Origin: Myxococcota bacterium
GTDB lineage: Bacteria; Myxococcota_A; SURF-8
DNA: 64,000 bases
Direction: 5' to 3'
Assembly (NCBI GenBank): GCA_965140415.1
Contig: OZ223209.1
Span: forward strand, 128,001 to 192,000
Numbering within the stretch: the first letter of the stretch is position 1; each line of letters starts with the position of its first letter. The notes under the pieces are model-generated. The model worked only from the letters and a program-made list of their open reading frames with translations, made no database searches and was not told the origin of the DNA. This document shows, one piece after another, positions 45,885 through 55,595 of this stretch. A program made the position numbers and the translations under genes.

Positions 45885-46637
45885 CTAATGTTTCATGATG
45901 TAAAACATGTAGCCGTACAACTCGGAATAGCGATTGAACAGATCGATTTCGTGCCTGCAACGTTCAATGACGGCCTGTGCTGCCAAATGTTCTCCGTAGC
46001 ATTCTTCAAAGCCGTCGAGTTGATCGAGCACGTTGGCGTAATAGCCTTCCCACCAGCCCTCTTTGGGTAGCGGGAAATCATCGACCATCCGGTATCCGGC
46101 CCGTGTAACCGCCTCTCGACGAGCGGCGAGACGGGCGTCTTCCGCTGGATCGGGAACGCAGACCTCACGCAACTCGGCGGGCGGATCCTCGGTGAACCAG
46201 GTCAGTTCCGAGATGACCAGATAGCCGCCCGGTTTGAGTAAGCGCTGCCACAATTCGAGAGCCCGCTCATAACCGATGATGAAGCTCGAGCCTTCCGCCC
46301 ACAAGACATCAAAGGAATGATCCTCGAAAGGAAGTTCCCCCATATCGGCAACCTGTGTGGTGATACGGTCGGAGAGCCCTTCCTTTGCAGCTTGCTTTTT
46401 CAGCATGTCCAGAAACGGGGCGTGAAAGTCTATCGCTATGATCGAGGCGGCACTTTTACGTGCGAGTTCAAGCGTTTGCATGCCCACTCCACAGCCGATA
46501 TCCAGGATGCGCTGATGTGGGCGCAATTCGGGCAGACAGGCTAATGCTTTAGCGGTGTAACTGTTCAGGCCTGGTCCCTGGCGGGGGAGGGTTTCGAAAA
46601 ATTTAAAGAAGTACTTCCAGAATTCTGCGTCGTACAT
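45885..46637 (-). CDS. Class I SAM-dependent methyltransferase
   Basis: LPRQGPG, ILDIGCGVG, FDVLWAEG and LLKPGGYL motifs. Start at ATG 46637. Confidence 0.9.
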   Translation of the reverse strand: MYDAEFWKYFFKFFETLPRQGPGLNSYTAKALACLPELRPHQRILDIGCGVGMQTLELARKSAASIIAIDFHAPFLDMLKKQAAKEGLSDRITTQVADMGELPFEDHSFDVLWAEGSSFIIGYERALELWQRLLKPGGYLVISELTWFTEDPPAELREVCVPDPAEDARLAARREAVTRAGYRMVDDFPLPKEGWWEGYYANVLDQLDGFEECYGEHLAAQAVIERCRHEIDLFNRYSELYGYMFYIMKH

Positions 46638-46896
46638 GAGATAACTCCTTGTAAGCTCAACACACGTCGGCAAGGCAATACACCACCATCCGACGGCATG
46701 GCCGTTGGTCAATTGCGCCCAATGGGCGATTCAAATTGTCTAACTAGTCACTAAGAGCGAACAAGAAGCACAAGCATCAAAACTCTTTTCAACAGGTAAC
46801 TGTTTTATGGCAACGGAACCACTCCATTGCGTATGGCTTTTATATGACTGAAATCGGGTTTAAAGTCAAGAAGTTGCTGCGGAAAGAAACATTCTT

Positions 46897-48195
46897 CTAC
46901 CGATTCGCACGCAGCAAGCGCAAAGCGCGTCGCCAGAAGGCGCGCAGGCTAAAGCGGATAAACTGGACGATGTCGCAGATATCGAACATGGGACTGGGCA
47001 CACGGAAAAGCAGCGGCACCTTGATGAACAGATCCCGCGCTGCCACCGGGCAACCCTTGACCCGATAGACCGAGCGCGCCTGTAAGGTTCCTTCCACGCG
47101 GGTGCAGTCGCCGATAAGCAGAACCGGCGCATCTGGCATGATGATGTCCGCCTGCACGACCCCGGTAACAATCGCGCCCTTTTTCGCCCTTGCCAAGGAG
47201 CCGGGTCGTCGTTTTTCAATGGTTCCCAAGCAGCCCTTCAAGGCTCCCTCGCAACCGCCGTCACAGATCGTCTGCGTGCCCGCCGCCCTTCCGGCGTAAA
47301 AGCGGATGGGCGTGTCCAGCTCGCTGAGAACTTGGAACAGGCGTGTCTTTCCTTTCGGTTTGGCGATCAGTTCGTCCAGCGGGTAATCGCCTTCGATGTG
47401 GATGTCCTCCAATTTCAGCGAGCCGTACCCGCGCTCGGCTGCGATGCGCAGGTGTTCGACCTGTTCCGGTTGATAACCCATGATGTGCGCGGCGACGACA
47501 TCCGCCGCCAGTGGATCGTCGGCTCCCAATAGCAAACCAAGCTCTACCGGATACGGAGCGGATTCGAAACCGTAAGTAATGCGAATCGCATCGGAAATAA
47601 CCAGATCGGGCATGCCGACTTCGAGCAGATCCACGATCTTTTCATGGATGCGATAGTCGTGATACAGCATGCGTTCCTTGTGTGTGAGAATGCCGATGTT
47701 CAGTTTCAATGCCTGGGTGATGCTTGCAAAGATGTGATACTTCAATTTGGGCAGCCAGATTTTAGTGTCGGCTTCGTGCAGGCGTTGGGAAAGCAGCATC
47801 AGTTTGTGGCAGACGCCTTTAGGCAGGGCTACGCGTAGCAGGCGATCTTCATTAATATTCAGCAGGCGAACTCCCAGCCGTTTAGCCAACTCATCGTAAC
47901 CGGCTTCGTGAAAAAACAACTCGGTTGGAATGCCGTAGCCACTGGATTCTCCAAGCGTCATGTCGGTCACATCCGGCAGTTGTCGAAGCGAACGCACAAC
48001 GCCCTCGGTAACTGTCGGATGGGTGTAGGAATCGTGGATATAGGCTCGATTGGCACTGACGATGTTGGGTTTGATAAACAGCTTGCCTGTTATCGGAACC
48101 TTTAAATCTGCGATCAGTTCATCGGTAATGGCCTGGATGCGGTCGGCATTATAATCGTTGCAACGACGGAGAATCACGTTTGGCCGAGGCGGCAT
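46897..48195 (-). CDS. DUF362 domain protein with Cys-containing C-terminal extension
   Basis: FIKPNIV, THP, GES, PKLKYH, ALKLNIG, PDLVISDA and DPLAADVVAA..MG motifs; C-terminal CDGGC, GDC and GCP. Confidence 0.85.
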   Translation of the reverse strand: MPPRPNVILRRCNDYNADRIQAITDELIADLKVPITGKLFIKPNIVSANRAYIHDSYTHPTVTEGVVRSLRQLPDVTDMTLGESSGYGIPTELFFHEAGYDELAKRLGVRLLNINEDRLLRVALPKGVCHKLMLLSQRLHEADTKIWLPKLKYHIFASITQALKLNIGILTHKERMLYHDYRIHEKIVDLLEVGMPDLVISDAIRITYGFESAPYPVELGLLLGADDPLAADVVAAHIMGYQPEQVEHLRIAAERGYGSLKLEDIHIEGDYPLDELIAKPKGKTRLFQVLSELDTPIRFYAGRAAGTQTICDGGCEGALKGCLGTIEKRRPGSLARAKKGAIVTGVVQADIIMPDAPVLLIGDCTRVEGTLQARSVYRVKGCPVAARDLFIKVPLLFRVPSPMFDICDIVQFIRFSLRAFWRRALRLLRANR

Positions 48196-48634
48196 GGCAA
48201 ACTCCCAAGGGGATGAAGTTGACTGTGTATCGATGCAATACAGTAACCACAACAGCATAGTTTATTTTGGCTGAAAGTTGAAAGAGAATCGCTTCGTATC
48301 GAAATAAAAAACGGATTCATAAAAAGATTGTATTTCCACATACTACTTTTAAAAAGGCATCAAGTTGTTTTTATTACAGAATTGAGATGCTTAAAGAATA
48401 GAACGATCGAAATGTTCAGATCGGGTTATTTTATCTATCTGAAAGTGACACGAAAGTAAAAACTTTAGACTTTCCTTAATGAAACTGCTAGAATAGCCGA
48501 TAGTAGTACTAGTCAGTACATTGGGGTATCTCTTCCGTTCCTGGTAGAATCTTGCGGCTTGGGGCCAATGACGCCGCAGTAACTCATTTGTTGTGCACAA
48601 TAGGCTTGTATCATTCCTGAAGGAGGACACTTCT

Positions 48635-50974
48635 ATGCCCACCGGATCGGGTAATCGCAGAAACAAAAAAAATAAAACGGAAAGCGTATGGGATTTATTG
48701 AACAAACCGATCGGTTTCAATAATGTATTCGAAGTATTGAACAAGGATATCGGTTTCTCGAACAGTCAGGGTCATCGCATACCCAACCTGGAAGAACAGG
48801 CGGACAAGCTGATAGAAGACGCCACCCGCCTTGCGCAAAGCCAGGGAATTTCCATCGAGCAGGCTTTGGAAAAGTTGGGAATCGATCTTGACGAAGGCGG
48901 TAGTGCCGACAGCGACAGTGGCCAGCAGGTGATGAAGGAATCCATGCTCAAGTCGCTCTCCTGGGAGGTGGAAAGCCGCGAAGAACAGTCGGACATCTCC
49001 GATGCCGATGGTGCGCGTGATTTCGTGCGTCGCGGCAACGATGCGTTAAACGAAATCTGTCGCATCATGGGTGATGTGGATCGCGAGGTCGTCGCCAACG
49101 CATTGATGCATGCGCAACCCACCGATGACTTACTTTTCGAACGGCTGGAATTCGTCGGCTTCATTACTCGACAAAGCTATGACGCACTGGTCAATCGCTA
49201 CAAAACCAGCGGTGGGCAGTTCTGGCGCTTATTGTTGGAAGATCACGAAAGCGACATCAACCTGTTCTGCGCCGTGTTGGCCACCATGCCTTACATGCCG
49301 TATTGTTTGCCGGAAGAAGGCGCGTTGTATGAGTGGCTGCTGGATCGCGGCCTGCTCAATTTCCGGCTTTTCCGGGAAGCCAACGGCAAGGCGCGTAAGG
49401 CCGGTGTCGCAAGTGACCGTCTGCTTGTGCAGGACGAGTATATGGGCAACGACCGTTACTGGGAATCGTTGGAGGAATTCACCGGGTTGAGCCAGTGGAG
49501 TAAAGCGCTGCCTCGCTACAGCGCGAAATTGCTTCAGAGTGTGCCGCGCATCTGGGTGGATCGTTTCGAACTGGCTCCCGTAAGCATCACCAAGGAAAAG
49601 CTGGGCATTGCGGTTCCATATGCATTGATGCCGCTGTTGAAAGAAAAATTGGAAAAGGAAGTCGGTTTGAAAGTCGTGCAATGGCTGATGCCCTCTGAAC
49701 GACTGGAAAAATTGCGAGCTTCTTACCTTGAAAAAGCGGTGGATGCCGAACCGCCGTCTACAAAGTCCGATACGATCGCACAGCAGGGACGGATTCACGA
49801 TATCGTGGCCAGCGCCAGCGCCGTCAATATGGTGCGTCAATTGTTCGAAGGTGCCATGGAATCGCGCGCGACCGATATCCACATCGAGCCGCATGGACAA
49901 GAAACCACCGTTCGTTTCCGCATCGATGGTCTGCTCTACAATGTAATGACCCTGGATGAGGACTTGTACAACGAAGTCGCCTCGCGCATCAAAATTCTGG
50001 CGGATCTGGATATCACCGAGCGTCGCCGCCCGCAGGACGGACACATCAAGGTGCATATCCGTGACCAGGATTACAACATGCGAATCGCCACCATTCCGAC
50101 CAAAGGTGGAGAAAAGGTCAGTATCCGCATGGTATACGCCGGGCGCGTAATGACGAAACTGGACGATCTGGGCTTGGATGGAAAGGATTATGAAAAGCTC
50201 AATCGTTTTGTGAGAAAGCCGTACGGCATGATCCTGGCGACCGGTCCGGTGGGATCGGGAAAAACCACGACCCTGTACTCCTGCCTGAACTCCATCGACA
50301 GCAAAATCTACAACGTAATGAGTGTAGAAGATCCGGTTGAGTTCGACCTGCCCGGCGCCAACCAGGTCGAGGTCAATTACAAACTGGATTTCGGTTTCGC
50401 CGAAGGATTGCGGGCGATTCTGCGACAGGATCCGGATACGATTCTAGTCGGTGAAATTCGTGACAACGAAACCTCGCGTATCGCCGTGCGCGCCAGTATG
50501 ACCGGTCTGTTAGTGTTCAGTACGCTGCATACCAACGATGCCCCCGGAGCCATCACGGCGCTTTATAATTTCGAATTGCCCACACACCTGATCGCGAATT
50601 CCGTGATCGGTGTCATCGCCCAACGATTGGTGCGACGCATCTGTCCGCACTGCAAGACGAGCTACAAGCCCACCCAGAAAGCGCTGTTAGAGGCTGGTTT
50701 CAGCAAGACGGAAGCGCAGAAAATCAAGAAGGTTTACAAGGGTAAGGGTTGCGAGCAATGCTTCCATACCGGATATCTGGATCGAATCGGTGTGTTCGAA
50801 GTGATGGAAGTTACCTCCAAGCTACGCGATATGATTCTCAATCATGCCAGCGAACGACAATTGCGGGAAAGCGCGGTTTCGGAGGGGATGCGAACCCTCT
50901 CGGTAGATGGACGAGCCAAAATTCTGGCCGGAGAAACGACCATCGAGGAATATCTGCGGATGATTCCGCATTGA
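48635..50974 (+). CDS. PilB/GspE-family secretion ATPase
   Basis: ATDIHIEP, ERRRPQDG, GPVGSGKTTT, EDPVE, LRQDPD..LVGEIRD and STLHTND motifs, tetracysteine CPHC/CEQC. Start at ATG 48635 after an AGGAGG SD. Confidence 0.93.
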   Translation: MPTGSGNRRNKKNKTESVWDLLNKPIGFNNVFEVLNKDIGFSNSQGHRIPNLEEQADKLIEDATRLAQSQGISIEQALEKLGIDLDEGGSADSDSGQQVMKESMLKSLSWEVESREEQSDISDADGARDFVRRGNDALNEICRIMGDVDREVVANALMHAQPTDDLLFERLEFVGFITRQSYDALVNRYKTSGGQFWRLLLEDHESDINLFCAVLATMPYMPYCLPEEGALYEWLLDRGLLNFRLFREANGKARKAGVASDRLLVQDEYMGNDRYWESLEEFTGLSQWSKALPRYSAKLLQSVPRIWVDRFELAPVSITKEKLGIAVPYALMPLLKEKLEKEVGLKVVQWLMPSERLEKLRASYLEKAVDAEPPSTKSDTIAQQGRIHDIVASASAVNMVRQLFEGAMESRATDIHIEPHGQETTVRFRIDGLLYNVMTLDEDLYNEVASRIKILADLDITERRRPQDGHIKVHIRDQDYNMRIATIPTKGGEKVSIRMVYAGRVMTKLDDLGLDGKDYEKLNRFVRKPYGMILATGPVGSGKTTTLYSCLNSIDSKIYNVMSVEDPVEFDLPGANQVEVNYKLDFGFAEGLRAILRQDPDTILVGEIRDNETSRIAVRASMTGLLVFSTLHTNDAPGAITALYNFELPTHLIANSVIGVIAQRLVRRICPHCKTSYKPTQKALLEAGFSKTEAQKIKKVYKGKGCEQCFHTGYLDRIGVFEVMEVTSKLRDMILNHASERQLRESAVSEGMRTLSVDGRAKILAGETTIEEYLRMIPH

Positions 50975-51036
50975 AAAACCATCGCAATAAAGAAGTCTTC
51001 TACGACCAAATGATCGGTTAATACAAGGAGAGTGCC

Positions 51037-52230
51037 ATGCCGAAAAGTACAGACGAACAATTAAAAGCGAAAGTCAAAGAACAACTCAAGGGAAAAACGG
51101 CTTCGAAAGGAGCTGGCGATGACGCGGGATCTTCCGAAGCCGCCGTGTCTGCGGCCTTCGAAGCGGTTCCGCCACGGCGCATCATGTCTCGCATGGCAAA
51201 AAAACCGGATATCGCCATGTTCTTCCGGGAACTGTCGATTCTGATCGACGCCGGGTACCCGATCATGCGTGCATTGACGCTGCTGGGCAATAAGAGCACG
51301 AATAAACACCTGGGCGGAACGATCGAACAGATCGCGATGCAGGTCGAAAAGGGCAGCACCTTCAGCAAAGCGCTGGGCAGTTTCCCCTGGTATTTCTCGC
51401 CGATGATCGTTTCTATGGTTGAGGCGGGTGAATCTGGCGGACAGATTGCCGAAGCACTCAATAACATCGCCGCCGATTTCGAATCGGACGATGAACTTAA
51501 CGACAAAATGCGCCGTGCATTGGCCTATCCGGTGTTGACAGCCGGTATCGCCGTGCTGGTCTTTATGCTCGTGCTGATTTTCGTCGTACCGACATTTGCC
51601 GGTGTTTACACTCAACACAACATGGAATTGCCTGCGATTACCTCCATGCTGGTCGGGTTATCCAACATTGTAACCGGTTACTGGTGGCTTTGGATTCCGG
51701 GCCTGGCGCTGGTTGTCTGGTTTCTCCGTCGCCGCGTACTGGAAAATTTCGGCATGTTCGACCGCTTCTATCTGCGTATTCCGGTTATTAAAGACATTCT
51801 GATTCTCGGTTCGATGGCGCGTTTCTCCAGCAGTTTGAACGTATTGCTGAGCAACGGTGTGCCGATTTTGCAGAGCCTGGATCTTGCCCAGGGCGCAATT
51901 ACAAATGTGTACCTGCAAGATGTCGTCAAGCGCATGCGTAACAACGTCGAAGTCGGTCGTTCGATGGTGCAACCGATGGCTGAAGAAGGCATCTTCCCGC
52001 CGATCCTGGTGGACATGTTGTTCGTCGGTGAAGAATCCGGCCAGGTGCCTTTCGTGCTGGAAAAAATCGTCCACGCGCTGCGCATTCAACTGGACCGCTT
52101 GACCAGCCAGCTTGCAATTCTGCTGGGACCGATTATGACCTTGTTCGTCGGTGGATTGGTGCTGTTGATCACGTTATCGTTGTTCATCCCCTACTTCTCT
52201 TTCATTTCTTCGCTGGGCGAAATCCACTAA
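51037..52230 (+). CDS. PilC/GspF-family inner membrane platform protein
   Basis: FFRELSILIDAG.P, GE.GG, ALAYP, VVPTF, LLSNGVPIL and GEESG motifs. Confidence 0.93.
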   Translation: MPKSTDEQLKAKVKEQLKGKTASKGAGDDAGSSEAAVSAAFEAVPPRRIMSRMAKKPDIAMFFRELSILIDAGYPIMRALTLLGNKSTNKHLGGTIEQIAMQVEKGSTFSKALGSFPWYFSPMIVSMVEAGESGGQIAEALNNIAADFESDDELNDKMRRALAYPVLTAGIAVLVFMLVLIFVVPTFAGVYTQHNMELPAITSMLVGLSNIVTGYWWLWIPGLALVVWFLRRRVLENFGMFDRFYLRIPVIKDILILGSMARFSSSLNVLLSNGVPILQSLDLAQGAITNVYLQDVVKRMRNNVEVGRSMVQPMAEEGIFPPILVDMLFVGEESGQVPFVLEKIVHALRIQLDRLTSQLAILLGPIMTLFVGGLVLLITLSLFIPYFSFISSLGEIH

Positions 52231-52264
52231 ACCTTCTCTCGAAGGTTCGAATTTGAGGGTAGTG

Positions 52265-52300
52265 CGCCCGGTTGCCGATGGTAGCCGGGCGTTTTCTTTT
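52265..52300 (+). terminator. Intrinsic terminator after pilC-like gene
   Basis: CGCCCGGTTGCC/GGTAGCCGGGCG stem followed by TTTTCTTTT. Confidence 0.7.
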
Positions 52301-52430
52301 GCCGGTTTTTTTGCTACCTTAGCTCAGCTCTGGTATAATCACGCGGAGCATTTCTTGAATTGACTGTAATACATTGGGCGTGATGTATTGAACGTGGGAA
52401 CTTTTACAAGAAATACGGTAAATATAGAAT

Positions 52431-55355
52431 ATGACGACAAACGACGATAGTCAGCAAAAAGGCAGCCGAGCGCGTATCGCCAATTTCGAAAAGATTCTGG
52501 CGAACAACCCGAAATCGTTCATCTTTGCGCAACTGGCGGAAGAGCACCTGAAATTGCAGGAATATGACAAGGCCATTCAGATATGCCGGGATGGGTTGGT
52601 TCATAATCCGGAATTTTCCGATGGCTTGTACGTGCTGGGTGTGGCGGTTTTTAAAAAGGGCGATCAGGAAGCGGCGGTTCGTATTTTCCTGCGCATTCTG
52701 AATCAGCAGCCGGATCACTATCTTGCCAAGGAAGCCTTGCAACGCATGGGCCATGGAGAAGAGTGGATCCAACAAAACGCTGCACAAGCTCTAACTCCAA
52801 TCGTGATCGGTACGACGGAAACGCAAGCCGCTGCACCGCCAAAACCGGCACCCGTTCATCATGACAGCAGTGAAGAGCAGGCTGCCCAAGCCCGTCGCAG
52901 TGCACCGAAAGAGATCCGCTCGGCTTTGAAATCGGATGCAGTGCTTGAAGAAGACATGGAAGACAAGAACGACGATGAGGGGTTGCCGCTCTGGTTGAAA
53001 ATCGGTGCGGCCATTTTATTACTGCTGCTGGCAGGTGGAGGATATTTCGGGTACACCGTAATGCAGAAGCGTGCGGTTCAACAACAAGTCGCATTGCTTT
53101 ACATCGACAGTCGCAAACTCATCAACCACGATACCTATACCGGATATACCCAAGTCAGGCAATCGCTGGAAGACAGCATTAAAACCTATCCGAAATCGCA
53201 GGAGTTGAAAGCGCTGCTGGTCGAAACCTACAGCAAACTCTTAATCGACTTCTCCTCCAACGATCACAACATGCAAGCTCACCTGGAAGGGCTTAACGCC
53301 ACCTTCCCGGCAGACAGCCTTGGCGACAGCGACCTGCTCACCGCCCAAGCCTATCGTTCTTTCTATCTTGGAAAAAACGGTAACGTGCGTTTCCTGATCG
53401 ACACTGCCGGTGAAAAAGGATTGTTGACACCGTCGTTGAACTGTCTGGACGGAGAACTGCACCTGCTCGACAAAGATTACGATGGCTCGATCCGGTTGTT
53501 CGATGAAACCTTGAACGACGACCCGGCCTTGTGGCGTGCCGTCTACAAAAAAGCTGTTGCACAGTTCGATCGCAAAGATTATTCCGGCGCCCGTATTACG
53601 CTTGAACTTCTTTTGGAAAAAGCTCCCGATCATCAGCGTGGACGCATTTTGTTGTGGGAAACGAAACTATACGCAGGAGACGACAAGCAGCAGATCGAGA
53701 AGGAAGTCGTGCCCTTTGCCGAAAAGGAAGGCGACAAACTTCCCGATATGGTTAAAGCACGCCTGTTGTTCGTGCAGGCCGTTTTGCTGCACGCCAAGGG
53801 GGACGTCGACGAAGCCTTGAAACTGGCTTCGCAATCGGTGGAACTGGATCTGCGAGCGGAACCGGCATTTCTGTTGGCGCGTCTTCAATATGAAAAACGG
53901 ATGTATACCGCCGCCAAGCTTCAGGTGCTTAAAGCCATCGATCTGAATCGCGATGTCAAGAAATACCATGCCTTCTTAGGACGCCTGTATTTCATGGAAG
54001 ACAACAAAACCGCAGCATTGGAAGAGATGGAACTGGCCATCGACGATGCGACCGATGAACTGGATCTGCTCGTGATGGCGGCGGATGCCGCTTTCAAGCT
54101 GCGCATGTACGATCGTGCCGTGCAATATTACGAGCGCGCCACCTTCGTCAATTTCCAGAATCTGGATCTTAAAAAGAAATTGATCCTGACCTATATCGAA
54201 AAGCAGGACATGAAAGACGCCAAGGGGCGCATTGAAAAGATAATGCAGGATCATCCCGACGATCCGCTCAGCTATTTCTTAAACGGTCGTTATCTATTGG
54301 CCGAAGGCAGCAAAGCCAAAGCGGAAAAGGAATTCAAAAAGGGCTTGCAACTGGATCCCAACAATCGCGAAATTTTGTTGGAAATGGCCAATCTGAATAT
54401 CCGCCGCGGCAAAATCGATGCCGGTATTTTGTCTTTGCGTCGATTGGAGAAACTGAATCCGGACGACAGCGAAGTCTTGCAGCGGCTGGCTCGCTACAGT
54501 TTCGCGGCCAATTCCCGTAAGGAAGCTTACACCTATTACAAGCAGCTCTCCGACATGAATCCGCAGCTGGCGCTGTATCGTCTTCGTCTGGCCTATCTGG
54601 ATTACATGAGCGGCAACAAGAGCCAGGCCAAGCAGGTCGTCGAAGCGGAGTTGGCTAAAGATCCCAACCTTGGTTACGGACATATTTTGCGCGGTATTTT
54701 CCTGTTTTTGGAAGGGGACGGCAAAACCGGGGAAGCTCAGATCCAGCGTGGCATTCAACTGGATAGCAAAAACCCGGAAGGGCATTACTGGCTGGCTCGT
54801 ATCAAGCTGGACAACAAAGATTATACCTGGGCGAAAAACGAGTTGGACATTGCGCTGGAATGTGAACCGGTCAGCCCCAAAGTCTATTATGAAATCGGCA
54901 TGATTTATTTCAACCGCAGCCAGTTCAAACAGGCACGCGATCTGTTCGACAAAGCGGCGCAGATTTTCAGACTGTTCCCCCTTGCAGTCGATTACCGGGT
55001 GCGCATTCTGTTGCGGCTGGGCGAGATCGAAATCTTCCGCAACCGTTTGCGGGAAGGAATGCGGCTGGTGGAGGAAGCTTCCAAGCTGGACCCGGAAGCA
55101 GGCGAGCCGTATTACATTATGGCGCGTGACGGCAGCAAGTTCGCCAATCCGCGTAAAGCCATTTCGCTCTTGAACAAAGCACTGAAATTGAACCCGGATT
55201 TACATGCAGCGCATTACGAACTGGGTCTGGTTTACATGGCCAAGGACAACAAAAAGAAGGCCATAGAGGAATTCCGACTGTATCTCAAACTCGACCCGAA
55301 GGGACGCTATGCCGCCGACGCCAAGCGTCAGTTGAACGAATTGGGTGCTCCCTGA
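52431..55355 (+). CDS. Large bitopic TPR protein
   Basis: N-terminal TPRs (NPKSFIFAQLAE), a linker, one TM helix at about aa 186-208, then many TPRs to the C-terminus. Confidence 0.85.
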   Translation: MTTNDDSQQKGSRARIANFEKILANNPKSFIFAQLAEEHLKLQEYDKAIQICRDGLVHNPEFSDGLYVLGVAVFKKGDQEAAVRIFLRILNQQPDHYLAKEALQRMGHGEEWIQQNAAQALTPIVIGTTETQAAAPPKPAPVHHDSSEEQAAQARRSAPKEIRSALKSDAVLEEDMEDKNDDEGLPLWLKIGAAILLLLLAGGGYFGYTVMQKRAVQQQVALLYIDSRKLINHDTYTGYTQVRQSLEDSIKTYPKSQELKALLVETYSKLLIDFSSNDHNMQAHLEGLNATFPADSLGDSDLLTAQAYRSFYLGKNGNVRFLIDTAGEKGLLTPSLNCLDGELHLLDKDYDGSIRLFDETLNDDPALWRAVYKKAVAQFDRKDYSGARITLELLLEKAPDHQRGRILLWETKLYAGDDKQQIEKEVVPFAEKEGDKLPDMVKARLLFVQAVLLHAKGDVDEALKLASQSVELDLRAEPAFLLARLQYEKRMYTAAKLQVLKAIDLNRDVKKYHAFLGRLYFMEDNKTAALEEMELAIDDATDELDLLVMAADAAFKLRMYDRAVQYYERATFVNFQNLDLKKKLILTYIEKQDMKDAKGRIEKIMQDHPDDPLSYFLNGRYLLAEGSKAKAEKEFKKGLQLDPNNREILLEMANLNIRRGKIDAGILSLRRLEKLNPDDSEVLQRLARYSFAANSRKEAYTYYKQLSDMNPQLALYRLRLAYLDYMSGNKSQAKQVVEAELAKDPNLGYGHILRGIFLFLEGDGKTGEAQIQRGIQLDSKNPEGHYWLARIKLDNKDYTWAKNELDIALECEPVSPKVYYEIGMIYFNRSQFKQARDLFDKAAQIFRLFPLAVDYRVRILLRLGEIEIFRNRLREGMRLVEEASKLDPEAGEPYYIMARDGSKFANPRKAISLLNKALKLNPDLHAAHYELGLVYMAKDNKKKAIEEFRLYLKLDPKGRYAADAKRQLNELGAP

Positions 55356-55595
55356 GAAATAAAAGATTTCCGTTCCACGAAATCATGGCTTGAGTGCAAT
55401 GGAAATACTCGTGCGTCAACAGTGAATATTCATTCACGGGCGTCTGTGCGGTAGCGCTAATTCCTTTGCTCCCGTCTCTCATCACTGGTATACTTACACC
55501 AAATAAACGGATAGATTCCCGTTACTTTGACCGGTCAATCCTGTTGATCGGCGGTGTTTTTATTAAATGCCGCATAGCATAGTGGGGAGGCTTTT

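Noticed and set aside
48260..48634. Possible c-di-GMP riboswitch upstream of the PilB-like gene
   Set aside because: No GEMM signature (GGCAAA..GAAA..GACGCAAAG) was seen. The region looks like an AT-rich divergent promoter.
55356..55595. Possible thr attenuator, T-box or riboswitch upstream of thrA
   Set aside because: No Thr/Ile-rich leader peptide, T-box motif or clear terminator was recognisable.
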